A DNA stretch of 64,000 nt from Acidimicrobiia bacterium (lineage in GTDB: Bacteria > Actinomycetota > Acidimicrobiia > Spongiisociales > JAHEDJ01): the NCBI GenBank assembly GCA_035471805.1, contig DATIPS010000019.1, forward strand, positions 145 through 64,144, read 5' to 3'. The notes below the pieces were generated by a model. The model was given only the letters and a program-made list of their open reading frames with translations, ran no database searches and had not been told where the DNA came from. This document shows positions 9,164-20,697 of this stretch, piece by piece. The translations under genes and the position numbers were made by a program. The stretch's first letter is position 1. Every line of letters begins with the position of its first letter.

Positions 9164-9712
9164 TCATTCGACGTTGTACCGAGCCAGCACGTCGTTCAAA
9201 GCGAGCAATGTCTTCGCGTCGGTGATCGATCCGGCGGCCATCGCCGATCGGAGCTCGGCAAACGTCATGTGGATTATCTCGGCGTGCTGTTCCTCGGCTC
9301 CCTGCGGCCGGGCTCCGACCTCGACCAGTTCGGTCGCCAGAAACAACTCGATCCGCTCGTCGGTGAAACCCGGGGTCGTGTGGATCGTGCGTAGGTATTC
9401 GATCCTGCCCGGCCGGTAGCCCGTTTCTTCCTCACATTCCCGAGCAGCCGCCCGGCTCGGGGGTTCGCCGTCGACGTCCAGCTTGCCGGCCGGGATTTCC
9501 AAGACCATGGTGCGCAGCGGTGCTCGAAACTGGCGCATCAGGACGACACCATCATCGAGTACGGGAACCACCGCGACGGCACCGGGGTGCCGAATCACTA
9601 TCCGTTCGAACTCGTCACCCTCGTCGAAACGGTAGGTCTCGACCTCAACAGACAGGAACCCGAACCGCGCCGCCTTTCGGCTCCCGACAAGAGCCGCCGG
9701 GATCGACTGCAC
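9164..9712 (-). CDS. NUDIX hydrolase (ADP-ribose pyrophosphatase-like)
   Basis: Nudix box GKLDVDGEPPSRAAARECEEETG. Neighbour of pyrG as Rv1700. Confidence 0.8.
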   Translation of the reverse strand: MQSIPAALVGSRKAARFGFLSVEVETYRFDEGDEFERIVIRHPGAVAVVPVLDDGVVLMRQFRAPLRTMVLEIPAGKLDVDGEPPSRAAARECEEETGYRPGRIEYLRTIHTTPGFTDERIELFLATELVEVGARPQGAEEQHAEIIHMTFAELRSAMAAGSITDAKTLLALNDVLARYNVE

Positions 9713-9713
9713 C

Positions 9714-13035
<3,322 letters not shown>

Positions 13036-13039
<4 letters not shown>

Positions 13040-13860
13040 TCGAGCTTCAGCTTCTCGGTGAGTAGACGTGGATACGACCGGCGTGAGAAATCGATGAATC
13101 GAACCTTCCTCTCGGCCCGGTGAATGATTATCTGCTCGCCTTGGGCGGCGCTACCCAACTCGTGTCCGTCGACGTTGACGCCCACCGGCCATTCTCTCGC
13201 GACGGTGCAACGCAGCTCGACATCCGCAGGCAGCACGATGGCACTCGAGAAGAGCGAATGGTTGGCAACCGGGGTGAGGATGATCGATTCGACGTCGGGG
13301 TGAACGAGTGGACCTCCCGCTGAGAGGTTGTAGGCGGTCGAGCCGAGCGGTGTCGAGAACACGAGGCCGTCGGCGTGGAAGGTGAGGAACGGATCTCCAT
13401 CGATGGCGACATCGATCGAGACGAGCCTTTGGTTCAGGACCTTCTCGACGACGACATCGTTCACTCCTACCAGTGATCCCACTCCCGGGATCGAAGCCTC
13501 GAGTGTCATCCGTTGCACTTCCGTCCAGGTCCCGGCCGCCAGCTGCTCTATGACGTGGCCCACCTGAGCCGGCTCCACGTCCGCCAGGAAACCTATGCGA
13601 CCCAGGTTGATCCCGAAGACGGGAACGTCGTTCGACAGGGCATGCTGGACGGCCCGCAATACCGTTCCATCGCCACCGATGGCGGCCACCACATCGAACG
13701 GCCCTCCGGATTCGAGGTTCACCGTTTCAACTCCGAGAAGATCGGCAATCCCCTCGTCGGCTACCACTTGAAGGCCGGCGGCGCGCGCGTGCCCGGTGAG
13801 CATTCGAGCCACTTCGTCGGCTCGTTCCAGCTTGTTGTGCACAACTAAGGCGATCTTCAC
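13036..13860 (-). CDS. nadK: NAD kinase
   Basis: GGDGT motif (AIGGDGTVLRA), NE/D short motif and conserved C-terminal fold. 4-nt overlaps with recN and tlyA. Confidence 0.9.
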
Positions 13861-14624
13861 GGTTTCGTCGTCTCCACGATGTCCTGTTCCTCAACGAGTA
13901 CCGGTCCATGCCGGAGGTGAGCGAAGAACTCCCGGTTTCCCTTTGCTCCACGGATCGGCGATTGGATGACACCGCACGTTCCGAGTCCCTGGGCCGCCAG
14001 GCAACCCACCACCTGCCGTATTGCCCGGCTGTGGCCTTCAGCCTCGCGCACGATACCTCCCTTGCCAACCTCTCCCTTTCCCAGTTCGAACTGCGGCTTG
14101 ATGAGAAGCAGCAAATCGGCGGCCGGGGCGGACAGCCTCGCCAGCACCTCACCCACGGTACACAGCGAAATGAACGACAGGTCGGCGACGATGAGATCGA
14201 ACGGGCCGCCGAGGTCTGCCGGCGAGCTGTGCCGGATATTGGTTCGATCCCTCACGTCGACACGCGGGTCCTGGCGGATCGACCAGTTCAGTTGACCGTA
14301 ACCGACATCGACGGCGCAAACGCTCGCGGCTCCGTGTTGGAGCAGACAATCGGTGAATCCTCCGGTCGATGCACCCGCATCGAGACAGCGTTTACCCGCC
14401 GGGTCGACTGCGAAAGCGTCCAGCGCTGCTTCGAGCTTCAGACCACCCCGTGAGACGAACCGGCTCGAGCCTCCCGGATCCAGTTCTATGGGAACATCCG
14501 CTCCGACCAGGGAAGACGCCTTCGGTATAGCCACACCGCCGACCGACACTCGACCCTCCTCGATCGCCGATTGCGCTTCGGATCTGCTCGCGACCAGACC
14601 GCGCCGCAGCATCTCTTGATCCAA
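13857..14624 (-). CDS. tlyA: TlyA-family rRNA 2'-O-methyltransferase (hemolysin A-like)
   Basis: N-terminal S4 domain (LVASRSEAQSAIEEGRVSV) and FtsJ-like SAM motif LDAGASTGGFTDCLL. Synteny with nadK/recN as Rv1694. Confidence 0.85.
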   Translation of the reverse strand: MDQEMLRRGLVASRSEAQSAIEEGRVSVGGVAIPKASSLVGADVPIELDPGGSSRFVSRGGLKLEAALDAFAVDPAGKRCLDAGASTGGFTDCLLQHGAASVCAVDVGYGQLNWSIRQDPRVDVRDRTNIRHSSPADLGGPFDLIVADLSFISLCTVGEVLARLSAPAADLLLLIKPQFELGKGEVGKGGIVREAEGHSRAIRQVVGCLAAQGLGTCGVIQSPIRGAKGNREFFAHLRHGPVLVEEQDIVETTKP

Positions 14625-14635
14625 CCGGCGACGCG

Positions 14636-14770
14636 TCAGTCCGAGGCCTCCCGGTCGGGATCCAGAATCCGGGCAAGTGCCTCGGCGAGTTCATCGGCCA
14701 AATCTGGCGCTTCGGCAGGCTCCGAATTCTCCAGGTCCTCGATGCGTTTCGAAATCAACGTAAGATCCAT
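14636..14770 (-). CDS. small acidic hypothetical protein (44 aa, uncertain)
   Basis: Shortest in-frame start (MDLTLISKRIEDLENSEPAEAPDLADELAEALARILDPDREASD) that avoids overlap with the rhomboid gene. Longer forms of track ORF 14636..14938 would overlap it by 35-119 nt. Sits where mycobacteria have a small conserved gene next to tlyA. Confidence 0.2.
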   Translation of the reverse strand: MDLTLISKRIEDLENSEPAEAPDLADELAEALARILDPDREASD

Positions 14771-14819
14771 GCATCCATTATCGCCGTCCGGAACACGGAT
14801 CTCACGCCTTTCAAAGACA

Positions 14820-15581
14820 ATGATTCCACTACGCGACACGAACCCAACGGTCATCAGACCTTTCGTCAACTGGATGATCATCGCGGCCGGGTTGGCCGTC
14901 TTCTTCCTGCTGCAGCCACAGACCAACCCCGAGAGCACAGTGTTCGTCTACGAGTGGGCTGCCATACCGTGCGAGTTGACGACGATGGACGCTCTCGACA
15001 TTCGAGAACTCGAGACCGGGTTGTGCATCCGATCGGACGCAGGCGGTTCCCACTTGTTCCCGGACAAGTCCATCTGGCTGAGCGTGGTCGTCTCGATGTT
15101 CCTGCACGGTGGGATAGGTCATCTCCTCGGCAACATGTGGATTCTGTGGATCTTCGGGAACAACGCCGAGGAAGCGTTCGGGTCGGGCGGGTTCCTGCTC
15201 TTCTACCTCGCGTCCGGGGCTTTGGCGACCGCCGGCTACGTTTTCCTCAATCCCGACAGCACGATTCCGCTCGTCGGCGCCTCGGGAGCCATAGCCGGCG
15301 TCATGGGCGCCTACCTGGTGCTCTTTCCGAGAGCACGCGTAACCTCGATCGTTCCGTTTCTGTTCTTCATGCCGTTCGACGTGCCCGCCTGGATCTACCT
15401 GATCCTGTGGTTCTGGGGCCAGTTTGCCCTCGTCGGTCAGGCCGGCCAGATCGCCTGGGAGGCCCACGTCGCCGGATTCGTGTTCGGGTTGGTGGTCGCG
15501 GTGGCTCTCCGCAGTCGCCTGCTCCGGCGTGTCACCGCACTGCACCGTCGAGCCCTGCCCCGCCGGCTCAGAAGGCGCTGA
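14820..15581 (+). CDS. rhomboid-family intramembrane serine protease
   Basis: Six TM segments with catalytic GxSG (GASGAIAGVMGAY) and His (WEAHVAGFVFG). Also HLLGNMW motif. ATG verified at 14820 (MIPLRDTNP). Upstream 83 codons of track ORF rejected. Confidence 0.8.
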   Translation: MIPLRDTNPTVIRPFVNWMIIAAGLAVFFLLQPQTNPESTVFVYEWAAIPCELTTMDALDIRELETGLCIRSDAGGSHLFPDKSIWLSVVVSMFLHGGIGHLLGNMWILWIFGNNAEEAFGSGGFLLFYLASGALATAGYVFLNPDSTIPLVGASGAIAGVMGAYLVLFPRARVTSIVPFLFFMPFDVPAWIYLILWFWGQFALVGQAGQIAWEAHVAGFVFGLVVAVALRSRLLRRVTALHRRALPRRLRRR

Positions 15582-16335
15582 GTGCGTCCGGGAGGTCGGC
15601 GAGCGATGCAACGACGATGTCGGCTTCGTGACCGTCTGCAGCCCAGGGAGGGGTGATCCCCGACAGCGTCAGCACGGTGGACCATCCCGCCGAACGGCCC
15701 AGTTCGAGGTCGGTCTCGGGTCGATCTCCCACCACCCACACAGGACCGGGCGCCAGACGGGTGGAGATGAGTTTCTGCATGGGACCGAACGGCTTGCCGG
15801 CCGCCTCTGCCTTTCTCCCGGAAGCGGCTTCGAGCGCGGCGACGATGGATCCGGCACCCGGCCAGATGTCATTCTCCGCGGCGGGGAAAGTCGTGTCGAG
15901 ATTGCTGGCGATGAACCGCGCCCCGGCACGCAACGCGCTGGTCGCTTCTCTCAGCTTGTCGTAGCTGAGGTCCAGGTCGAATCCGACTGCTACGGCGCTG
16001 GCGTCCCTACCCGACGCGACCAGTTCGTGACCGGAGTCGGTCATGGCAACCCGCAGCCCCTCGCCCCCCACCACGTACACCCGTTCGCCTGCGCCGTCGA
16101 GGAGCACGGCGGCCGCCCTGGCCGAAGTGACGATCTGGTCGGTGCTCGCCGGATATCCGGACAGACGTGTGATCTTCGCCGCCACCTGTTCGTCGGTCTT
16201 GGATGAGTTGTTGGTCGCGAAGATGATTCGGTATCCCCGGGCATCGAGGGCGGCCAGTGCCTCCCCGCCTCCGGGGATCTCATTGTCGCCCCGGTATACG
16301 ACACCGTCGAGGTCGCATACGACGTTTCCCGGCAC
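15568..16335 (-). CDS. HAD-superfamily hydrolase, subfamily IIA (NagD-like phosphatase)
   Basis: Motif I DLDGVVY at N-terminus, IFATNNS, GKP (motif III Lys) and VGDRPETD (motif IV). Corresponds positionally to Rv1692. Confidence 0.8.
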   Translation of the reverse strand: MPGNVVCDLDGVVYRGDNEIPGGGEALAALDARGYRIIFATNNSSKTDEQVAAKITRLSGYPASTDQIVTSARAAAVLLDGAGERVYVVGGEGLRVAMTDSGHELVASGRDASAVAVGFDLDLSYDKLREATSALRAGARFIASNLDTTFPAAENDIWPGAGSIVAALEAASGRKAEAAGKPFGPMQKLISTRLAPGPVWVVGDRPETDLELGRSAGWSTVLTLSGITPPWAADGHEADIVVASLADLPDALSAF

Positions 16336-16337
16336 CT

Positions 16338-17675
16338 CTAGCCGATCCCCTCAAAGAAGTTCTCAACAGTCCGGTCGAGCAGTTGATAGGTGCGGTGAAG
16401 AGACTCGACGCTCACCCTCTCGTTCCTTCCGTGGAACATGGCGAGGAACTCGGGAAACTCGATGCGATCGTCGTACCAGCCGACCCCGTAGCCAACGACA
16501 CCTCTATCGCGGAAGAACCGGAGGTCGGTGGTGACGGGGGTCAGGGTCGGCACGACGCGCCGGGACCCGGCCAACGACTCGAACGAGGCAACGATCGCAT
16601 CCCAGAGCGGCCCCTGCGCCGGACTCGATGATGCCTGGTGATCCATGACGGGGTCTATCCGGATTCTGTCGCGATCCGTTCCGAGAACCTTGGCGAGATG
16701 ATTATCGACCGTTGAGCCATCCTGCCCGGGCAGGGCGCGAAAATCCACCTCTGCTCTTGCGGTCTCCGGAACGACGTTCGACTTGATCCCGGCGTTCATG
16801 ACGTTGGGGCTGACGGTCAGGTGAGTACAGGCGTGAACGTAGCGGGCGAGTCCCATGGATTCGGCAGCGAGATCCTCGATGACCTGATCGATCTGGTCCG
16901 GGTCCAACAAACCGGCGGCGGTCTCCTCCGGCAGCCGGAGGCCGTCAACGAAGGCCCGCCATTCATCCGAGATGACCACCGGTGATGGTGCCTCCGCCAG
17001 GCTCGCCATGGCTCTGGCCAGAGGGACGAGAGCGTTGTCCGTCCCGTACGGCTGACTTCCGTGACCGGGCGTGCCCGACGATTCGAGCGTGCGCCAAAAC
17101 GGCCCTTTCTCCCCGACGTTGACGGGGTACGCCGGTGTGTCGGACAGAGGAAGCACCGGATATGCGACCTCATTGAGGACGTAGTCACAGGCGAGCTCTT
17201 CCCAGTGATTCTCAGTCAGGTAGTGCGCCCCGAGTTTCGCACCTGCCTCTTCATCGGCGACCCCGAGGAAGAGCAGATCCCCGGGCGGCTGGGGTGCCTC
17301 CCCGGTCAGATATCGCTTGAAGACCGCGGCCATCGCGGTGGTGACGTTGAGCATGTCAACGGCACCGCGTCCCCACACGAAGCCGTCGTGAATCTCGCCC
17401 GAGAAGGGATCGTGGGCCCAGCCGGACGCGTCCGCAGGAACCACATCGAGATGTCCCATCAGCATCAACCTCGGCGCGGACCGATCCCGGCCGGCCACCC
17501 GGTAGAGCACGCTGCGGCGGCCGGGATGCGGTTCGAAGATCCTTCCCGGTCCGCCCAGAAACCGGGCGAGGGTGTCGACGGATCGATGTTCGTGGCCACC
17601 GTCCGGTGTTCCGTCGTTGACGCACTCATTCCGGATCAGAGTTCCCAGCAAGTCGGCCAGAGCGTCAGCCTGCAT
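16338..17675 (-). CDS. M20-family metallopeptidase (dipeptidase / ArgE-DapE-like)
   Basis: Metal-binding motifs LMLMGHLDVVP, GRGAVDM, GVADEEAG and dimerisation domain. 445 aa. Confidence 0.75.
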   Translation of the reverse strand: MQADALADLLGTLIRNECVNDGTPDGGHEHRSVDTLARFLGGPGRIFEPHPGRRSVLYRVAGRDRSAPRLMLMGHLDVVPADASGWAHDPFSGEIHDGFVWGRGAVDMLNVTTAMAAVFKRYLTGEAPQPPGDLLFLGVADEEAGAKLGAHYLTENHWEELACDYVLNEVAYPVLPLSDTPAYPVNVGEKGPFWRTLESSGTPGHGSQPYGTDNALVPLARAMASLAEAPSPVVISDEWRAFVDGLRLPEETAAGLLDPDQIDQVIEDLAAESMGLARYVHACTHLTVSPNVMNAGIKSNVVPETARAEVDFRALPGQDGSTVDNHLAKVLGTDRDRIRIDPVMDHQASSSPAQGPLWDAIVASFESLAGSRRVVPTLTPVTTDLRFFRDRGVVGYGVGWYDDRIEFPEFLAMFHGRNERVSVESLHRTYQLLDRTVENFFEGIG

Positions 17676-18085
17676 CAGACCGGCTCCGCAGGACGGCGAT
17701 CAACTCGAGCATGGACGATGTGACGGGCAACGCTTCGATCTGCTGCAGAGGGACCCAGGCGACGGCGGCGGCGTCGTCACCTGCCGAGAGTTCCCCGGCC
17801 ACGACGCTGGCTTCGAAATCGAGCAGAACGAAGTGCCAGTCGGGTCCGACGGTCTGGCCACTCCACAGCAGGTCGCCAACTTCAACGATCAGACCTGTCT
17901 CTTCGAGGACCTCCCTGGCGACGGCATCTTCAAGCTGTTCACCCCAGCGCACCTTGCCGCCGGGGATTGCCCACTCGCCGGCCCTCGGTGGGCGCCCTCG
18001 TTCGACCATCAGCAAAGCTCCGTCGCGGACGATGACGGCGCCGACCCCCACCCGGGGAACCCGGTCCGGCCATTCGTCGATCAAC
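17665..18085 (-). CDS. NUDIX hydrolase
   Basis: Nudix box GGKVRWGEQLEDAVAREVLEETG. Start taken as TTG overlapping the GNAT stop (TTGA); alternative GTG at 18051. The track ORF's 100-codon Arg-rich N-extension overlaps the GNAT gene and is rejected. Confidence 0.7.
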
Positions 18086-18551
18086 GCTTTCTCCGGTGCA
18101 TGGTTATCGAACGGGCGGAGAATCCGGCCCGTTCGAAGAAGTTTTTCGCGAGGCGATGGCCGGGCAACACCGGCGCGTCGAATCGCTCCGCGCCCGCCCG
18201 CGCGAGGTCCGCCAGGGCGACGTCGAGCAGTGCCTCTGCGATCCCGACCTCTCTCGCTTCCGGTTCGGTGAACAAGAGGTCGATCACTCCGACTCGCTCT
18301 CCTTGAGCCTGCTCGAGAAGCGACCGGAGGTGTGCAAACAGGAATCCGAGGGGTACCGAGTCGATGGTTGCAACATAAACGAACCACTCGCCTGATTCGA
18401 TTCTGGCGCCGATCGACAGATCAATTGGTTCGTCGATACCGTCCGCTAGTGGCCACATCTCGTGGAGGTCGACCATTTCCCGCTCCAGGCGGCGATACAT
18501 GCGGATGATCTCGGGGAGATCAGCCGGCCCGGCCGTTCGTACTTCTATCAC
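18081..18551 (-). CDS. GNAT-family N-acetyltransferase
   Basis: Acetyl-CoA binding region VGIAEALLDVALADLARAGAERF and C-terminal NFFERAGF. GTG start at 18549-18551 (VIEVRTAG) overlapping ppm1 stop. Track ORF's upstream 112 codons rejected. Confidence 0.65.
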   Translation of the reverse strand: MIEVRTAGPADLPEIIRMYRRLEREMVDLHEMWPLADGIDEPIDLSIGARIESGEWFVYVATIDSVPLGFLFAHLRSLLEQAQGERVGVIDLLFTEPEAREVGIAEALLDVALADLARAGAERFDAPVLPGHRLAKNFFERAGFSARSITMHRRKR

Positions 18552-19279
18552 CTGTGCGAGCGTAGTCGACCGAAGCGGCGTTGCAGACCCCAGCGCGTCA
18601 CCAGCCACATCGCCTCGAGGACGATGCCACCGCTCATCTTCGAAGTGCCCGCCATGCGGTCCTTGAAGCTGATCGGTACTTCCACGATCGAACACCCGGT
18701 GTCGACGGCTCGAAGCGCCATCTCCACCTGGAATCCGTAGCCCGACGCGCCACAGGTATCTGCGTCGAGCTGCCTCAGACAGTTCGCGCGGTAGGCACGG
18801 AACCCGCCCGTGGCGTCGTGAATCGAGATTCCCAACGCGACGCGGGCGTAGAGGTTGCCTCCCCTCGAGAGGAGGCGACGATGCCACGGCCAGTCCGGGG
18901 TGGATCCACCCGGTACGTATCTGCTTCCGAGAGCCAGGTCGGCTCCCCCATCGAGCGCTTCGATCAATCTGGGCAGGTCGGTCGGATCATGAGAGAAGTC
19001 GGCATCCATCTCACAAACGACGTCGGCTCCCGATGCGAGCGCGACGCGGAAACCGTGCGCGTATGCAGGTCCGAGGCCCTGTTTCTCCGCTCGATGGACG
19101 ACCTCCAGACGCGGTTCGGATGCTGCAAGACGGTCTGCAAGGGCACCCGTACCGTCGGGAGAGGAATCATCGACTATGAGAAGCCGGTATCCGTGATCGA
19201 GTACCGCCGGAACGAGGCTGGGAAGGTTCGCGATCTCGTTGAAAGTTGGAACTACGACCGTGACGGTGTCAGGACGCAC
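18548..19279 (-). CDS. ppm1: polyprenol-phosphate mannosyltransferase (Ppm1 / Dpm1-like GT2)
   Basis: GT2 fold: VVVPTFNE, IVDDSSPDGT (DxD-like), EMDADFSHDP, GSRY. 243 aa catalytic-domain-only form. Confidence 0.8.
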   Translation of the reverse strand: MRPDTVTVVVPTFNEIANLPSLVPAVLDHGYRLLIVDDSSPDGTGALADRLAASEPRLEVVHRAEKQGLGPAYAHGFRVALASGADVVCEMDADFSHDPTDLPRLIEALDGGADLALGSRYVPGGSTPDWPWHRRLLSRGGNLYARVALGISIHDATGGFRAYRANCLRQLDADTCGASGYGFQVEMALRAVDTGCSIVEVPISFKDRMAGTSKMSGGIVLEAMWLVTRWGLQRRFGRLRSHR

Positions 19280-19706
19280 AGTCCGTGCAGATCATCTTGC
19301 GCCGGTTCGCCAGCTGGCTCGTTCGCTTCACGAGGAAGCAGGAAGAGCATACGAACTCATCCCTCTGCGCCTGCTGGGCGTCGAGGTTCATGGTCAACTC
19401 CTCGCGCTGGATGGCACGCAGCTCGGCTACCTCATCCACCAGCAGGGCCTCGGCGGCTTCCTCGTCGAGAAGCTCGAGTTCCTCTGCTTCTAGTTCTTCG
19501 AGGGCTTCCGTCTCGGTCTCCGAGTCGATGTCGTCATCTTCCTCTTCGTCATCGGATACGTCGTCCACATCGTCGATCTCCGCGACGAGGTCGTCGTCGA
19601 GGTCGTCGTCGAGGTCGTCGTCCAGGATGTCGTCGTCGAGTTCCGCCTCGAGTTCTTCGTCATCGAGGACGTCATCCGGGTCTGTCAGAACGTCATCTGA
19701 AGGCAT
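19269..19706 (-). CDS. DUF4193-like protein: hyper-acidic N-terminus + C-terminal four-Cys zinc ribbon
   Basis: C-terminus FVCSSCFLVKRTSQLANRRKMICTDCA (CxxC...CxxC) as in actinobacterial DUF4193. N-terminal ~100 aa are mostly D/E with DNA-level tandem repeats (DDDL x3). Confidence 0.65.
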   Translation of the reverse strand: MPSDDVLTDPDDVLDDEELEAELDDDILDDDLDDDLDDDLVAEIDDVDDVSDDEEEDDDIDSETETEALEELEAEELELLDEEAAEALLVDEVAELRAIQREELTMNLDAQQAQRDEFVCSSCFLVKRTSQLANRRKMICTDCAS

Positions 19707-19812
19707 GTTCTTCTCCGTCGAGCGGCAGGAGTATAGGTCTCCGACTCGGTTGTCCGGTTTCTATCGCAAAAGCCTATCCCCACGGGGCGAGGACTTCATC
19801 GGCGCTTGCATA

Positions 19813-20697
19813 CTAGATCTTGAAATCGATGCCGTTTGGGATGATGCGCGCCTTCAGAGGAGTCACTCCGAGAGGCTCACCGTCGGCCTCAACAGGCCAG
19901 GGAAGCTCGCACTCGACGGACACTTCTTCGGCTGCCATGCGATGCACGCCCGGGTGGCTGCCGTGCATTCCGACCTTGATCTTCTGAAAGACGGGAACAG
20001 CATTTCGCCTCCGGATGTTGAATGCCTGCACATCGAGTTTGCCGTCGCGCAACGATGCTTTCGGGGCGATGTTGAGACCGCCACCGAAGAACTGGCCGTT
20101 GGCGGCAACCACGGCGAGAGCGGCACCTTCATAAGAACGCCGCCCCGCTTGCACTCTCACCTGTGCGGCGGCGAACCTCGGCAGGGTTGCCCAAAAGGCA
20201 ATCTGATACTTGGCGGCCCCGATGCGGCGCGGCAACCGTTCCGAAATCCCGGCGGTGGCGGCCCCGAGGCCGGCCTGCACCTCGTTCACGAACGCCCGCG
20301 TTCCCCAGGATCCCTCCGCGATACCCACGTCTACCGGGTATGTACGCTCACCGACGAGATGGGCGGAGGCCTCCTCCAGACGTTGCGGCAGCGCGAAGGT
20401 CCTGGCGAAATCGGACCCTGTCCCCGACGGAAGCAGGGCGACGACCGGCGGGCTGCTCCACTCCTTCTTCATCAGTGCGTCGACGACGACGTTGAGGGTG
20501 CCGTCTCCGCCCACGACTGCGAAGTGGGTCCAGCCGTCCCCGGCTGCATTCAGCGTGCGGTCTTGCATCGCTCCCGCGCCGTCCGGCGACTCTATGTCGC
20601 AGTCGATTCCGAACGCCGTCAAGGCGTCACGAGTCCGGTCTTCGAGTCGGTGCCGGTCACCGGCTCGAGGGTTGACCAGCACCTTCCAGGTGGTCAC
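19813..20697 (-). CDS. diacylglycerol/lipid kinase catalytic-domain protein (DagK/YegS family)
   Basis: DAGK_cat signature VVGGDGTLNVVVDAL and VALLPSGTGSDFAR. Confidence 0.75.
   Translation of the reverse strand: MTTWKVLVNPRAGDRHRLEDRTRDALTAFGIDCDIESPDGAGAMQDRTLNAAGDGWTHFAVVGGDGTLNVVVDALMKKEWSSPPVVALLPSGTGSDFARTFALPQRLEEASAHLVGERTYPVDVGIAEGSWGTRAFVNEVQAGLGAATAGISERLPRRIGAAKYQIAFWATLPRFAAAQVRVQAGRRSYEGAALAVVAANGQFFGGGLNIAPKASLRDGKLDVQAFNIRRRNAVPVFQKIKVGMHGSHPGVHRMAAEEVSVECELPWPVEADGEPLGVTPLKARIIPNGIDFKI

Noticed and set aside
14829-15611. 260-aa minus-strand ORF
   Set aside because: Antisense to the rhomboid protease gene, which has catalytic GxSG/His motifs and a six-TM pattern.
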